Source: a virus
DNA: 64,000 nucleotides
Strand: one strand, 5' to 3'
IMG/VR virus record: IMGVR_UViG_3300037245_003639
The notes under the pieces are model-generated. The model worked only from the letters and a program-made list of their open reading frames with translations, was not told where the DNA came from and searched no databases. Of the stretch, positions 35,228-45,157 are shown piece after piece. The stretch's first letter is position 1. Every line of letters begins with the position of its first letter. The translations under genes and the position numbers were made by a program.

Positions 35228-37084
35228 TCAAACTTGTAGTTCCTTTACTGGAACGCTGAATTCCGGAAACGTCAAGTCGATAATGGGCTTTTTATACTCT
35301 TTAATGAACTCGTCTAATATATCGGCTACATCCCCATCGATTTCATCAACTATGTCAGCGATTTTCACTAAATCACTCATCTTGATGATACTGTTGTCAA
35401 ATCTAAAACTTTCTGTCCCCATCAATTCTTCTAACATACGATCTGCGGCAGTCTCATCTCCAATATCTTCGCTAGCATCTTCGGTTGGAGCTACTGTAGT
35501 TTCTTCACCAACCTGAGGAGTTCCTACCATTTGTTTTTGCTTCTCGATGGCTTCAACAAAATCTCTGATTGTTTTCTGAGCCTCACCTTTGAAAATAAAG
35601 GACATCCAACTCAAAATCTTAATCACATCATCATATTTGAAAGATTCTCTGTTCATATCTGGGAGAAGACCATCATATAACTGTCCGAGAGCTTTGTCGT
35701 TGACAACCTCCTCAGCGACGGCTTCGGGAGGTTGTTCTTCGTCTGGCAGCCCTTGATCATATTTATCACCATATTCTTGCGGACCAGCGGCTGGAGTCTG
35801 GAGCCAACTTTGCATGCCTTCATCAGATTCTCTATTGATGTAGCGAAGTTTATCCCATAAACGCCCATGAGCCTTTTGAGCATACCATTGGGCTTTAGAG
35901 TTCATGGGATTCTGGTAAAGACGTTCTAATATCTCCTGGAGAGTAGCGTATTCCTCTGCCGGCGAACCCTGAGCGAAGGGATTTCTGCGGCCCTGCTCTG
36001 TAAGTCCAACATCTCTACCGAGAATTGGTTGACGAGTTCTGAGATCTTGCATACTCTCTTGAATGGAGTTGATATGTGCATATACTGTTTCCATAGATGA
36101 GAATATCTGGTCTATCGATTTTTCAGCCCGTCCAAAAATTTGTTGGTTGTATTCATTCTGAACTGGAGTATTATCTAATAGATGTTTTAACTGTTGCAGG
36201 ACTAAAGCGCTGCGATTCCAGTCATCTAACTCCACTCCTCTTATTGTTTGAACTACATTTTGAAGAACGTCAACATCTTCTTGGGCTGGCTGTTGAGTCC
36301 ATGGCAATTCTCTTCCCGAACCAGCAGTATATCCCTCAGCTTCAGCTTTAAGCCGGGATATCTGCGTTTTGATTTGCTGGGTGATTCGAGTGATCGATGA
36401 TAAATCGTTGAGAATTGCATCAAGTTCTTGGATGGCATCTAAATCTTGACCGCGCTCCCGGGCGTCTCTGGACCAACGACGTGGATTAAAGGCGCTCCAA
36501 AAGCTGCCTTTATCACTTGGGTTCCAAAAACGCGACCACCATCCTCTGCGGGGCGCGGCTAACTTAAAATTTGAGTGAGTTTCCGAATCTTTTGATAGAA
36601 GGTTACCCAATGTTCCAAGGTGACCTAAGATCGAAGCGAAAACCTCCTCTTCGATTCCGTTGTCTTCGAGCATCACTGCAACCTTTTCTACCTTCTCGAT
36701 ATGCTCGCTGATTTTTCCTTCATCACCGACCGTGGACAAGAAGAAGAGATGGGCCACATCGAATTGCTGAGGCTCATGTTGAATCACCTGAGCATATTTT
36801 GAGGTCCACTCAGTATCATGGTAATCCTGTCCATCTTGGTATTCTTTCAAGCAATCCAGAACAACTTCTTGCATAGGAGATTGTGAACCCGCTCTCTTCT
36901 TGCGGATACAATTACCCATTGCTCGGTTTTGCTTGAGAACGTATCCAATTACCCCAACATATTGAGCCAACTTTTGCAATGATGCTGTTTTGACTAAATC
37001 GTCCACAGCATCAGCACAAATTTGTTTGCCCTGCTTGTCGAGGCGGTCAGATAGTTCAAGTAAATAGCTCTGCAAACTACCCAT
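35228..37084 (-). CDS. Hypothetical protein (618 aa)
   Basis: Long ORF. Confidence 0.55.
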   Translation of the reverse strand: MGSLQSYLLELSDRLDKQGKQICADAVDDLVKTASLQKLAQYVGVIGYVLKQNRAMGNCIRKKRAGSQSPMQEVVLDCLKEYQDGQDYHDTEWTSKYAQVIQHEPQQFDVAHLFFLSTVGDEGKISEHIEKVEKVAVMLEDNGIEEEVFASILGHLGTLGNLLSKDSETHSNFKLAAPRRGWWSRFWNPSDKGSFWSAFNPRRWSRDARERGQDLDAIQELDAILNDLSSITRITQQIKTQISRLKAEAEGYTAGSGRELPWTQQPAQEDVDVLQNVVQTIRGVELDDWNRSALVLQQLKHLLDNTPVQNEYNQQIFGRAEKSIDQIFSSMETVYAHINSIQESMQDLRTRQPILGRDVGLTEQGRRNPFAQGSPAEEYATLQEILERLYQNPMNSKAQWYAQKAHGRLWDKLRYINRESDEGMQSWLQTPAAGPQEYGDKYDQGLPDEEQPPEAVAEEVVNDKALGQLYDGLLPDMNRESFKYDDVIKILSWMSFIFKGEAQKTIRDFVEAIEKQKQMVGTPQVGEETTVAPTEDASEDIGDETAADRMLEELMGTESFRFDNSIIKMSDLVKIADIVDEIDGDVADILDEFIKEYKKPIIDLTFPEFSVPVKELQV

Positions 37085-37093
37085 TTCGTTCTC

Positions 37094-37669
37094 CTATGTT
37101 ACTCCCCTCATAATCTCATCCAGGGGTGTAAAGACTACCTTCTCATATCTTACGCCCCCTGGATGGATGTTTCCTATAATAAACGCACGGATATCATTCA
37201 CATCTCTATCCAAGGTTACTATTACTTCATTGCCCGTTGTAGGCGCCACAAATGCATAGTGTGGTTCTACAGTGCGGCGGCCTGCATAGTAGCCATGTCG
37301 ATTTGTATATTCGAAGGAAACCACTTCTGCTTTATCCATGGCATCGTACAGAAGTTCTTGAGATGACTGGTACTGGATCTCACGAGTTCCTTCTGGAATG
37401 CCTAATAACTCGCTTCCAGTGGGAATTTCCTCTCGCATTTCATCGATCTCAGTAGGAACCGGGTGTCTTCCTTTTGGAGTTTTAGGTTCTTCATCTGGTT
37501 TCTCTACCTCATCCACCAAATAATCATTCAGATTATCCTCATTGACGATCCCGGGTGTATCCGGCGTATCAAATGTGCTGGGTTCATCATTCCCCCAATC
37601 CACATTCCGGATTTCATCCCTCCAATATTGCGATCGCTTACGAAGTTGTGGACTGCGTAGTTTGAGCAT
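37094..37669 (-). CDS. Hypothetical protein (191 aa)
   Basis: ORF. Confidence 0.5.
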   Translation of the reverse strand: MLKLRSPQLRKRSQYWRDEIRNVDWGNDEPSTFDTPDTPGIVNEDNLNDYLVDEVEKPDEEPKTPKGRHPVPTEIDEMREEIPTGSELLGIPEGTREIQYQSSQELLYDAMDKAEVVSFEYTNRHGYYAGRRTVEPHYAFVAPTTGNEVIVTLDRDVNDIRAFIIGNIHPGGVRYEKVVFTPLDEIMRGVT

Positions 37670-37671
37670 TA

Positions 37672-38040
37672 TTACACCTTGAAAATTACCTCTATCTCTT
37701 TGCCGTCCTTATCTGTTATAAACTCTATTTTGTGTCCAACTCGTATATTGTTCTTGTTAAAAAACCCCGCATTAGCTTCCACTGCCATAATACAGTCACC
37801 GTTGCTACGAACAACCCTGGTAGACATGGGGACAATCGGTTTGATCGCGGTAATCTCATTCTGGTTATTTACAAACGCCACATCCAATGGGATATAAGTG
37901 TTTTTCCCCCAAAAGTTGGCTTCCAAAATCCTTGGAAACTTAAACAGCATGCCTTTATTCTTAGGAAGTTCATTCCTATACATTAGCCCTTGGGCCAAAG
38001 CCGAAGGGGTTTCTGCTACTTCTATCGAAAGTTTGGCCAT
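37672..38040 (-). CDS. DUF192-like protein (122 aa)
   Basis: The sequence GLMYRNELPKNKGMLFKF...NTYIPLDVAFVN...G fits the DUF192 pattern (GLM.R..L....GMLF.F....M.NT.IPLDI.F.D). Confidence 0.55.
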   Translation of the reverse strand: MAKLSIEVAETPSALAQGLMYRNELPKNKGMLFKFPRILEANFWGKNTYIPLDVAFVNNQNEITAIKPIVPMSTRVVRSNGDCIMAVEANAGFFNKNNIRVGHKIEFITDKDGKEIEVIFKV

Positions 38041-38390
38041 TAATCACCCTCCCAGTCGAAAAGAATGTTTTTAGTGTAGAGTTCTCTTGTTACATCATCG
38101 AACTCACCCGCTGGGACATCTATCATAACAAAATGACTTTTCGCGGAACTCAGAATAGGAAAACCGCTGTTTTCCACCCAGTCGGTTATTTTTTCATAGT
38201 TGTTTTCTGTAATCCATTCTTCGGCATCTACAACGTAAGGAACGCTTCGTTTGAGAGCCGGATTATAACGAAATCGCATCTCTCCTCCACGGCCTCGCAG
38301 AACTTTCTGCGTATGAGTGTCATACCACTGAAAGTCCTGAATAACTTTCTGCTTGACGCGTTTGTTTGTGGCTCTAAGTAGAATTTCCAT
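38040..38390 (-). CDS. Hypothetical protein. Corrected start at MEILLRATNKR.
   Basis: The ATG overlaps the upstream stop (ATGGAAATTCTACTTAG). The ORF-track start would overlap by 134 nt. Confidence 0.4.
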   Translation of the reverse strand: MEILLRATNKRVKQKVIQDFQWYDTHTQKVLRGRGGEMRFRYNPALKRSVPYVVDAEEWITENNYEKITDWVENSGFPILSSAKSHFVMIDVPAGEFDDVTRELYTKNILFDWEGD

Positions 38391-38841
38391 ATCTAAAAGC
38401 TCGTTGTACCCAGTTATTGTATTCTCTATCTGCCAAAGTAAATGCCACTTTACCTTCATGCTGTGAGGCTCTGTGAATAAACTCATAGTTGAAATCAAAG
38501 TCGTCATCTTCGAACGATGATTTTTCAGAATGCAAGATGATATTCCGGATAATCGTTTTCCCTTTGTCAGTTATCTCCACAGTTCTGACGGGTATTCCTT
38601 CCGCCCCTACTCGACTCATGGGTTTATTCTTCACCATGCCCTTCGATGTCAGAGATGCTATAACCATTGGGTCCACATCTTCTGGGACCACCAGATAACC
38701 ATATGAATCCTTTTCTCCCCGCCAAACAGAAAAAAGTGCTTTCGCTTCCTTGTCGGTGATAGGTGAACGAGGAATGATCTGAATTGATTGAAGTGGAAAA
38801 ACGTTAATAAAGTCAAGCAGCGACTGTGCTTTCTTCTTCAT
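38374..38841 (-). CDS. Hypothetical protein (155 aa)
   Basis: ORF. Confidence 0.45.
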   Translation of the reverse strand: MKKKAQSLLDFINVFPLQSIQIIPRSPITDKEAKALFSVWRGEKDSYGYLVVPEDVDPMVIASLTSKGMVKNKPMSRVGAEGIPVRTVEITDKGKTIIRNIILHSEKSSFEDDDFDFNYEFIHRASQHEGKVAFTLADREYNNWVQRAFRYGNST

Positions 38842-39643
38842 CTTTGGCTCCTAACTCTAGAAAATTCTCTACCTCTTCATTCATCAGTAATTTCCCAAGC
38901 CGAAATCTCTTAAACATATCAAGAGCTTTCACAGCATCTATCTTCAAAATACGCACCATTTCCTTGACGATCCTTTCATGAGTAATCATCTCAGGAAGGA
39001 GATGTAAATTCTTTTTCATTTCATTACGCAGATTGGCCTCGATAAAGAAGTCATAAGTAACAGCAAAGCGAATCGCACGCAGGATTGCTAATGGGTTATA
39101 TTTGATAAGCATGTCCGGCGGCAGTACAGAAATAATCCGTTTGCGTTTCAGGTCTCTAACAGCTTTACCCAGCGGATCCAATAGTTCATCTTTGACAGGC
39201 GAGTAAATCAAAGTGTTGATTGTAAAATCACGACCATAAATATTGTTCATCAAAGGAACATCGTCTACGTTTGACTGATGGAGATAATCCTTCACTTCTT
39301 GATTGTACATATAGGATTGGGCGCTTTTGCCTTGAAATTCTACTTTAATGGAACCCTGCTCGGACTTATACTCCAACACTGCTGTGCCAGTTCTTTGATA
39401 GAACTTCGGCATAGTATTCAATTCTTCTGATGCAAACAAACCGCCCAACTGAATGGCCTGCTCATGATATGCTGAAGCAACATCAATATCATTTGTTTCC
39501 CAACGGCGACCCATAGCCACAGAACGACAATAACCACCGACTATGAACAACGAATCTATACCATACAACTGAGTGAAGTGCCGCAGATGAGCAATCACTT
39601 CATCGATTAGAATCTCTTTGTTGATAATTTCTTCTTTGGTCAT
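38813..39643 (-). CDS. tRNA nucleotidyltransferase or poly(A) polymerase family protein. A minimal head-domain enzyme that may add CCA.
   Basis: GGYCRSVAMGRRWETNDIDVAS resembles the GGxVRDxLLG...DxD nucleotidyltransferase motif. GRDFTINTLIY resembles the RRDFTINA motif of class II CCA-adding enzymes. The protein is only 276 aa. Confidence 0.7.
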   Translation of the reverse strand: MTKEEIINKEILIDEVIAHLRHFTQLYGIDSLFIVGGYCRSVAMGRRWETNDIDVASAYHEQAIQLGGLFASEELNTMPKFYQRTGTAVLEYKSEQGSIKVEFQGKSAQSYMYNQEVKDYLHQSNVDDVPLMNNIYGRDFTINTLIYSPVKDELLDPLGKAVRDLKRKRIISVLPPDMLIKYNPLAILRAIRFAVTYDFFIEANLRNEMKKNLHLLPEMITHERIVKEMVRILKIDAVKALDMFKRFRLGKLLMNEEVENFLELGAKDEEESTVAA

Positions 39644-40419
39644 TATGGTATCGTAAGCAAGTGCCGCGATTTGTACGGCGAATCCGTCTTCATATCATTG
39701 AAACTGTAAGGATCACGATTCAAATCTTGCCAAACGTAGTAATATCCCTGAGCGTCATATTCAGGGTTGTACCGAGTTTGGTTGCGCTTAGACCTGCCTC
39801 GCATATCAAAATACTCCTGATCCTCCTCCCATTCCCAGACCCGCTCTTTCATGGGTAAATCAAGGTTGGCCCATGGACCTGAAATCTGAGCCATCTTATG
39901 GACTTTCATATAACGGCCCAAAACTTTGGAACGATATATTTCTCTCATTATCAGATGATGCAATAAACGAATCTCGATATATTTCCTATTGAACTTGGCA
40001 ATCAGTTTCTCATGGACTTCGGCTGCATCAATATGAAAAAGAGCCTGAAGATCGTCGGTGATTTCATTTAGGTCACTGAAATTACGTGAAAACAGATAAG
40101 ACTTCTTAACGGCATTTAAGAACAATAAGTTATCAAGACCTCCGTTATTCCCTGCTCCGTTCTCTACAATGACAACTGCCAGACGACCAAGGTCAATCCA
40201 GTCTTCCCATAGATGCTCTTTTAATTCAGATAAAGCTGCTTCGATATGCTCTTTACATTCTTGAGGAGAGTGTGATGAAATTTGTTCATCCCCAATATCC
40301 ATAAACCATTCATCCATACGATGTTGGATATCGAGGGCTCTAAGCTCTTGTAGCAACAGGTCTTGTGGGGATGCCTGGCGACTTTCTTGTTTCACCTGAG
40401 ATTTTTGCATGTTGAACAT
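39643..40419 (-). CDS. Hypothetical protein (258 aa)
   Basis: Strong RBS: AGAGGA plus a 6-nt spacer. Confidence 0.5.
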   Translation of the reverse strand: MFNMQKSQVKQESRQASPQDLLLQELRALDIQHRMDEWFMDIGDEQISSHSPQECKEHIEAALSELKEHLWEDWIDLGRLAVVIVENGAGNNGGLDNLLFLNAVKKSYLFSRNFSDLNEITDDLQALFHIDAAEVHEKLIAKFNRKYIEIRLLHHLIMREIYRSKVLGRYMKVHKMAQISGPWANLDLPMKERVWEWEEDQEYFDMRGRSKRNQTRYNPEYDAQGYYYVWQDLNRDPYSFNDMKTDSPYKSRHLLTIP

Positions 40420-40562
40420 TTGAGTCCTCTAACGCAGCTACGAGCTTTCGTACATACTCCCTGGGGTATATACTTCTGAAATAACGCTTCAAACTCCTGG
40501 AATTTTCAGGAGACAAGCTGGCGTAGAGACAAACCCAGTGTTCATCCGACAATGAAATGAAT

Positions 40563-41495
40563 TTATTCAATAGGCTCTACCTCGTTATCGTCCTCTCCTA
40601 TAATGGGAAGATTCGGATTCCGCCTCCTGCCCACATCCTCTAGATTCAATAGTTCTAAGTCCTCAGCTTGTTCTTGAGGTTTCAATGTAGGATGTTGTTC
40701 AATTCGTTCCTGAGTCTGCTCTTGGTCTACGAAGGCGATTCCTCTATTTGTCTTGGGTATCGTTACCGATGCGTTTTTCATAATTCTAAGAGGCTTGGCA
40801 CCTGTGGGATTGAAGATCACAGATTTCCCTAAAGCGTCTGGAATGTCCGATGTTTCAATTGGAGGCGGATTCTCTGTGTCGATAATTCTATTTGGTTCTA
40901 CTATCTTCGTAGGAGCAGAAATCTCTTCGTTGGTATCCAGCTTTGGTGGTTTCTCTGCTGTGGTTTCTTTAGCCTTCTGGGCAGCGAGCAAAAGGGATCG
41001 CTGGGCAGGACTTAGGTTTTTCAAGAACTCTTCAGATGGAGGCTGCGAAATATCTGGGACGGGAGCCTCAGTGGGAACACTGGGAGCCTCTCCAAGTTTG
41101 ATGAAGCCTTCTTCTTCTTCGTTGGCTACATCGACGGAACTTATAACTCCAATGATACCCTTCGCTATCGCGCTACGAATATCCATATTTTGTAATTCGG
41201 ATTCTCGAAGTGTGAATTGAGCGCCAGCAGAAATTGAGTCAGTTCTGCCAGGAAGATTTAGAGGAGTTTTATGCTTATTGACAAGTTTGATAACTCGTTC
41301 AACTTCTCCATCTGCATCCGGAAACTGTATAACATCACCAGTTGCGGTCAGATATCCCATCTTGAGAGCTATTTGAACGTCAGAACTCCAGAATTCAACA
41401 TCACTCAGGGGAACACTGTCGTCTTTACCAAGCTGTTTTTTGATATTAGGTAGGTCAAGCACGCCTCGAATACGAGGAGTTCCTTTGATAATCAC
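40563..41495 (-). CDS. Hypothetical protein (310 aa)
   Basis: ORF. Confidence 0.5.
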   Translation of the reverse strand: MIIKGTPRIRGVLDLPNIKKQLGKDDSVPLSDVEFWSSDVQIALKMGYLTATGDVIQFPDADGEVERVIKLVNKHKTPLNLPGRTDSISAGAQFTLRESELQNMDIRSAIAKGIIGVISSVDVANEEEEGFIKLGEAPSVPTEAPVPDISQPPSEEFLKNLSPAQRSLLLAAQKAKETTAEKPPKLDTNEEISAPTKIVEPNRIIDTENPPPIETSDIPDALGKSVIFNPTGAKPLRIMKNASVTIPKTNRGIAFVDQEQTQERIEQHPTLKPQEQAEDLELLNLEDVGRRRNPNLPIIGEDDNEVEPIE

Positions 41496-41516
41496 TTCAA
41501 GCTCCTTATCTCAGCT

Positions 41517-42005
41517 TTAATTCACAGGGTAACGTTTGTGAATTCGAGCGGGTTTCTGATTCATAACCTTGTTCAGATGATCTTGAATTCGTTTCTCTGT
41601 GTACGGGTTTGGAGACTCTTTCATGGCCAAATCTAGGAATAACTCATTATGATGTCCAGAATATGGCTCAACTAACTTTGGTGCAAATCCTGGTCCCGCT
41701 TCTTTCTCGTCCTGTTGAACGGCTGAATCGCCATCATTATACCCAGAACCTATTCCTCTGTGGGATTCTTCTTCATTCTTTTGTTCGGGACTCATGCCAG
41801 CCCCCGGATTGTTTTCGCGCCATTGCGAACCCATCCCCGGGTATAGCATAACGTTTTTTCGATGTGATCCACTATCTTCTTTGGTCCGGTAGCGGGGGTT
41901 TGTACCCCATAGACCTTCCTCCAGTTCCTTCCAAAAGTTGTCCTGGAGCAATTGTCCACCCGGCCAAAGAGCTACTTTGATGTTTGGACTGATTATTCGT
42001 TTCAT
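41517..42005 (-). CDS. Hypothetical protein (162 aa)
   Basis: ORF. Confidence 0.45.
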   Translation of the reverse strand: MKRIISPNIKVALWPGGQLLQDNFWKELEEGLWGTNPRYRTKEDSGSHRKNVMLYPGMGSQWRENNPGAGMSPEQKNEEESHRGIGSGYNDGDSAVQQDEKEAGPGFAPKLVEPYSGHHNELFLDLAMKESPNPYTEKRIQDHLNKVMNQKPARIHKRYPVN

Positions 42006-42709
42006 TTTGATAAGAGGTCTTTTGTCCTTGCAATCTTGAGATCGACAACCGCCCTACGTTCTACTGGGCTCAATTCTCGCTTCTCGGCGTATGCCTGTTT
42101 AAGAATAGCGATGATTGCAGTATCGAAGTCCACGGCTTCACCTGTTTTGATGCCGATGATCACCCTGTCTATATCAGCCGTCGTAATATCGCCAATAAGC
42201 GGTTTTACATCCCCTCCCGTTAGTTGGGTATCATTGGCTTTGAGACTGCTAAAGCGATCTGGGTCATTCTCAAGAACTATCTTGCCATGCTGCGGAGCAT
42301 TTTTCGGCCATTTGGGCAGAGTCCCTTGCTGGGTCTTATGTTCTGAACCTTGGCTCCAATGCTTTTCTTTTTTGACTTCCCAGTCTTTGTCGAAACGGGC
42401 TTGTCGCATTTTTTCCACAAGGGCTGACATTGGCGGAACTTTTAGCCAGGTCGTGTCGCTACGATGATCAACATATTTGCCGGCAGTTTCATTCAAAGCT
42501 TTTTCGATTATGGGAATATCGAGAGAGTCAGTATCTGCCTGAGCGTTTATTTGGTCCTCAGTGATTGTTTGTTCAAATCCATCGCGATGGGGAAGGCGCT
42601 TCTCATGAATGGGCTCATCTTCTCCACCTTTAGGTCCGACATTCTCGTCTCTAAGGTATTTCTCTTGAGGCTTAATGGCTATTTTCTCTAATTTTTTCCA
42701 GTTGAACAT
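42002..42709 (-). CDS. Hypothetical protein (235 aa)
   Basis: ORF immediately downstream of the large terminase gene. Confidence 0.5.
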   Translation of the reverse strand: MFNWKKLEKIAIKPQEKYLRDENVGPKGGEDEPIHEKRLPHRDGFEQTITEDQINAQADTDSLDIPIIEKALNETAGKYVDHRSDTTWLKVPPMSALVEKMRQARFDKDWEVKKEKHWSQGSEHKTQQGTLPKWPKNAPQHGKIVLENDPDRFSSLKANDTQLTGGDVKPLIGDITTADIDRVIIGIKTGEAVDFDTAIIAILKQAYAEKRELSPVERRAVVDLKIARTKDLLSK

Positions 42710-42758
42710 CGTTTATCTCCGTTTGCACAGATTTATACAAGAAAAAGGTTTACAACTC

Positions 42759-44669
42759 CTATCCTATTTTGCCGAACTTGCGATTTAAGAACTGCCATTG
42801 TTGAGGAGCATATTGTCCCCTGCCAATGTTCCAACTCTGTCCACCCACCGCTGCATCTCTACTTTGTGGCATATTGACTACGCCTCCTTTAGCGTAACCA
42901 GCATAATGTTGCTCCATTGCAACTCCACAGGCCCCTGCCAATGAGTCACAGCAGTCATCCGTGGTTGCAAGGGCATCGTCATCAGGTTGAATTTTAAAGC
43001 CCAAAGGTCCGTAAACACGCTTTAGACACTTTAATTCCATTGCCATCAATTCAGCATCGTGGCCTTTGTAAGGTAAAGCAAGCTGATGGTTTACCAGTAA
43101 GTGTTCAAGATGATTGTAAATCTGTATTTTGTATTGCTTGCGGAAGGGCGTCATCCGAGTTGGAATTCCCTTCGATCTTAACTTTTGAATACTCGCCATG
43201 GAATTCCAACTATCGTAAGTTACCAAAGCAAATCGGAACCGTTTTGCTAAATCTATGACATATTCGTCTACCTCGTGAACACTAATAGATCTGTCAGGAT
43301 AAGGATGCCATACTTTCACATGATCAACAACAAACAGTTTGAATTTCTCTTTTTTGGGAGGCCCGATTTCACTTTGGTTTGTTCTGATACGTTCCTCGAC
43401 ATGCAGAACGGTTAAAGCGTAATTATGTGAAGTAGCGGCCGGGTCCAAGTGAGCAAAATAGACCACTCCAGGGATGCCCTGGATATGCGCTCCACTATTA
43501 AGCCTGCGACCCATTTCAACTGCTTCTTCTATATAAATGTCTGGAATGAACTTCTCTCCTGCCGTTCCCGAAAATTCTGCTCCAAATTCCATCAAGAACT
43601 CATTAGGGTTCATGAATTTGAATTCTGAGCGTAAAGAAATTTCGCTAAACATCTGGTTTACTTTCCAGGTTGGCAGTTGGTAAGCGAGACGGTTGTGGTT
43701 TTTTGGAGCCGTATTGTATAGATGGAAAAGCATACCCTCTTCACCACGGGGCGATGAAATACTGATGATTTTACTATCCAAGAGAGGAACATCTTCACCG
43801 TTCTCATCTTTGTAAGTTTTGGTCGGATGCTTGAAGTCTGCGGTGGCGGGAGTTAGAGCAGAATAAATACGGTCACCAGATGTGGCTCCACCAGTCGTCT
43901 TAAATGATGCTACTTCGTCCAGCAACAAACAATAGATACGTTTACCCAGCAGACCTTCGCTGTTAGAGTGACCAGACATAATACAAATAGAACCCGGCGT
44001 TTGAGCCGTGGGTAATCCTTGCTTCACCAAATCAGCGTTATTCTTCTTATCTTCAGGGGTTAAGAACCACAATCTGTCAGCCTCAACTTTGCCTATTTTG
44101 CTCTTGAAATATTCCGAACCTTGCATTCGTGATTTAATTTCGTTGTACAAAATTCGCGCCTGATCTGCCGATGTAGCAACTGTGATGATGTAGATGGGAT
44201 TACCCGGAGCCAAACCGTAATAGCCAAAGGGACTTCCACTGGGACATTCCAATAGTTTCATGCACTCATAGAGAGCAATCATAGATGTCATAAAGTCCTT
44301 GCCAGAACGACGACCCAGGACCAGAACAAGCTCTCTAAACAATGCATTCGAGTGATATTTATCAAGAACTAACTGCATTTTGTTGGTAAACAACATCTCG
44401 ATTTCTTCCGGAGTCAATTTGATATGTTCATTTCCTGATTGCCCTCGGTAGAAAGATTTCAGGATAATCTGTTGCATTGGAAAGAGGTTAATTGGCCTGA
44501 CTCCAACCTTCCCGATGGCTTTCATATTGAGGTATTTCTTTGAATAGCAGAATTCAATAATATCAGGAATGTATGGTTCTGATGTGTCAGATGAGGAGAG
44601 GGCTACCTGCTCCTTTATCTTAGATACAACTTCACTTATACTAATTGCACTATCTTCGTCTTTTGACAT
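42759..44669 (-). CDS. terL: Terminase large subunit
   Basis: Walker A-like VLGRRSGKD and Walker B-like CLLLDEV are present. The C-terminal nuclease has the acidic residues FAHLDPAATS, VVDHV and DDCCDSLAG. The size is 636 aa. Confidence 0.75.
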   Translation of the reverse strand: MSKDEDSAISISEVVSKIKEQVALSSSDTSEPYIPDIIEFCYSKKYLNMKAIGKVGVRPINLFPMQQIILKSFYRGQSGNEHIKLTPEEIEMLFTNKMQLVLDKYHSNALFRELVLVLGRRSGKDFMTSMIALYECMKLLECPSGSPFGYYGLAPGNPIYIITVATSADQARILYNEIKSRMQGSEYFKSKIGKVEADRLWFLTPEDKKNNADLVKQGLPTAQTPGSICIMSGHSNSEGLLGKRIYCLLLDEVASFKTTGGATSGDRIYSALTPATADFKHPTKTYKDENGEDVPLLDSKIISISSPRGEEGMLFHLYNTAPKNHNRLAYQLPTWKVNQMFSEISLRSEFKFMNPNEFLMEFGAEFSGTAGEKFIPDIYIEEAVEMGRRLNSGAHIQGIPGVVYFAHLDPAATSHNYALTVLHVEERIRTNQSEIGPPKKEKFKLFVVDHVKVWHPYPDRSISVHEVDEYVIDLAKRFRFALVTYDSWNSMASIQKLRSKGIPTRMTPFRKQYKIQIYNHLEHLLVNHQLALPYKGHDAELMAMELKCLKRVYGPLGFKIQPDDDALATTDDCCDSLAGACGVAMEQHYAGYAKGGVVNMPQSRDAAVGGQSWNIGRGQYAPQQWQFLNRKFGKIG

Positions 44670-44735
44670 TTTAGTCTCCTTTGACTTTCAAGTATCCAAT
44701 TCAGTGTCTTCAATTTTCTGGACACATAATCCTGC

Positions 44736-45155
44736 TTATGGAGCACAAACTACTGGATCTCCATAATCTCGGATGTTAGCGGGTTCAATTGTTTCACCAA
44801 AAAGATTAGACAGAGAAGCGTATGTAGGAAGAACCTTTATTCCAAAATGCTCGACAAACGCGTTGACACTTTCATATCCTTCTATTCGACGAATGTGACG
44901 AGCCAATGATGTAAACGAATTCTCCATCGGCCTGGTAGAACTCATATTAGTGAAGACCACTTCATAAGCTGTTCGTATACCGAAATCCAAATCATCACGA
45001 GCCGTTTGGGCATCTTGGAAAATATCGAATGTCAGAATATCTATTTGCTGTATTGGGGATATGGCTCCGAACAGAGCTTGAGCTGCATGAATGCCTGCTT
45101 GAGCGATATAGGCATAGTAATCAGCATAAAATGTGAAATCACATGGATCTTGCAT
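44736..45155 (-). CDS. Hypothetical protein (139 aa)
   Basis: ORF upstream of the large terminase gene. It could be the small terminase subunit, but I recognise no motif. Confidence 0.45.
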   Translation of the reverse strand: MQDPCDFTFYADYYAYIAQAGIHAAQALFGAISPIQQIDILTFDIFQDAQTARDDLDFGIRTAYEVVFTNMSSTRPMENSFTSLARHIRRIEGYESVNAFVEHFGIKVLPTYASLSNLFGETIEPANIRDYGDPVVCAP

Positions 45156-45157
45156 TA

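Noticed and set aside
40340-40570. 76-aa minus-strand ORF between the 310-aa and 258-aa genes
   Set aside because: It depends on a TTG start and overlaps the well-supported 258-aa gene by 80 nt. It is probably spurious.
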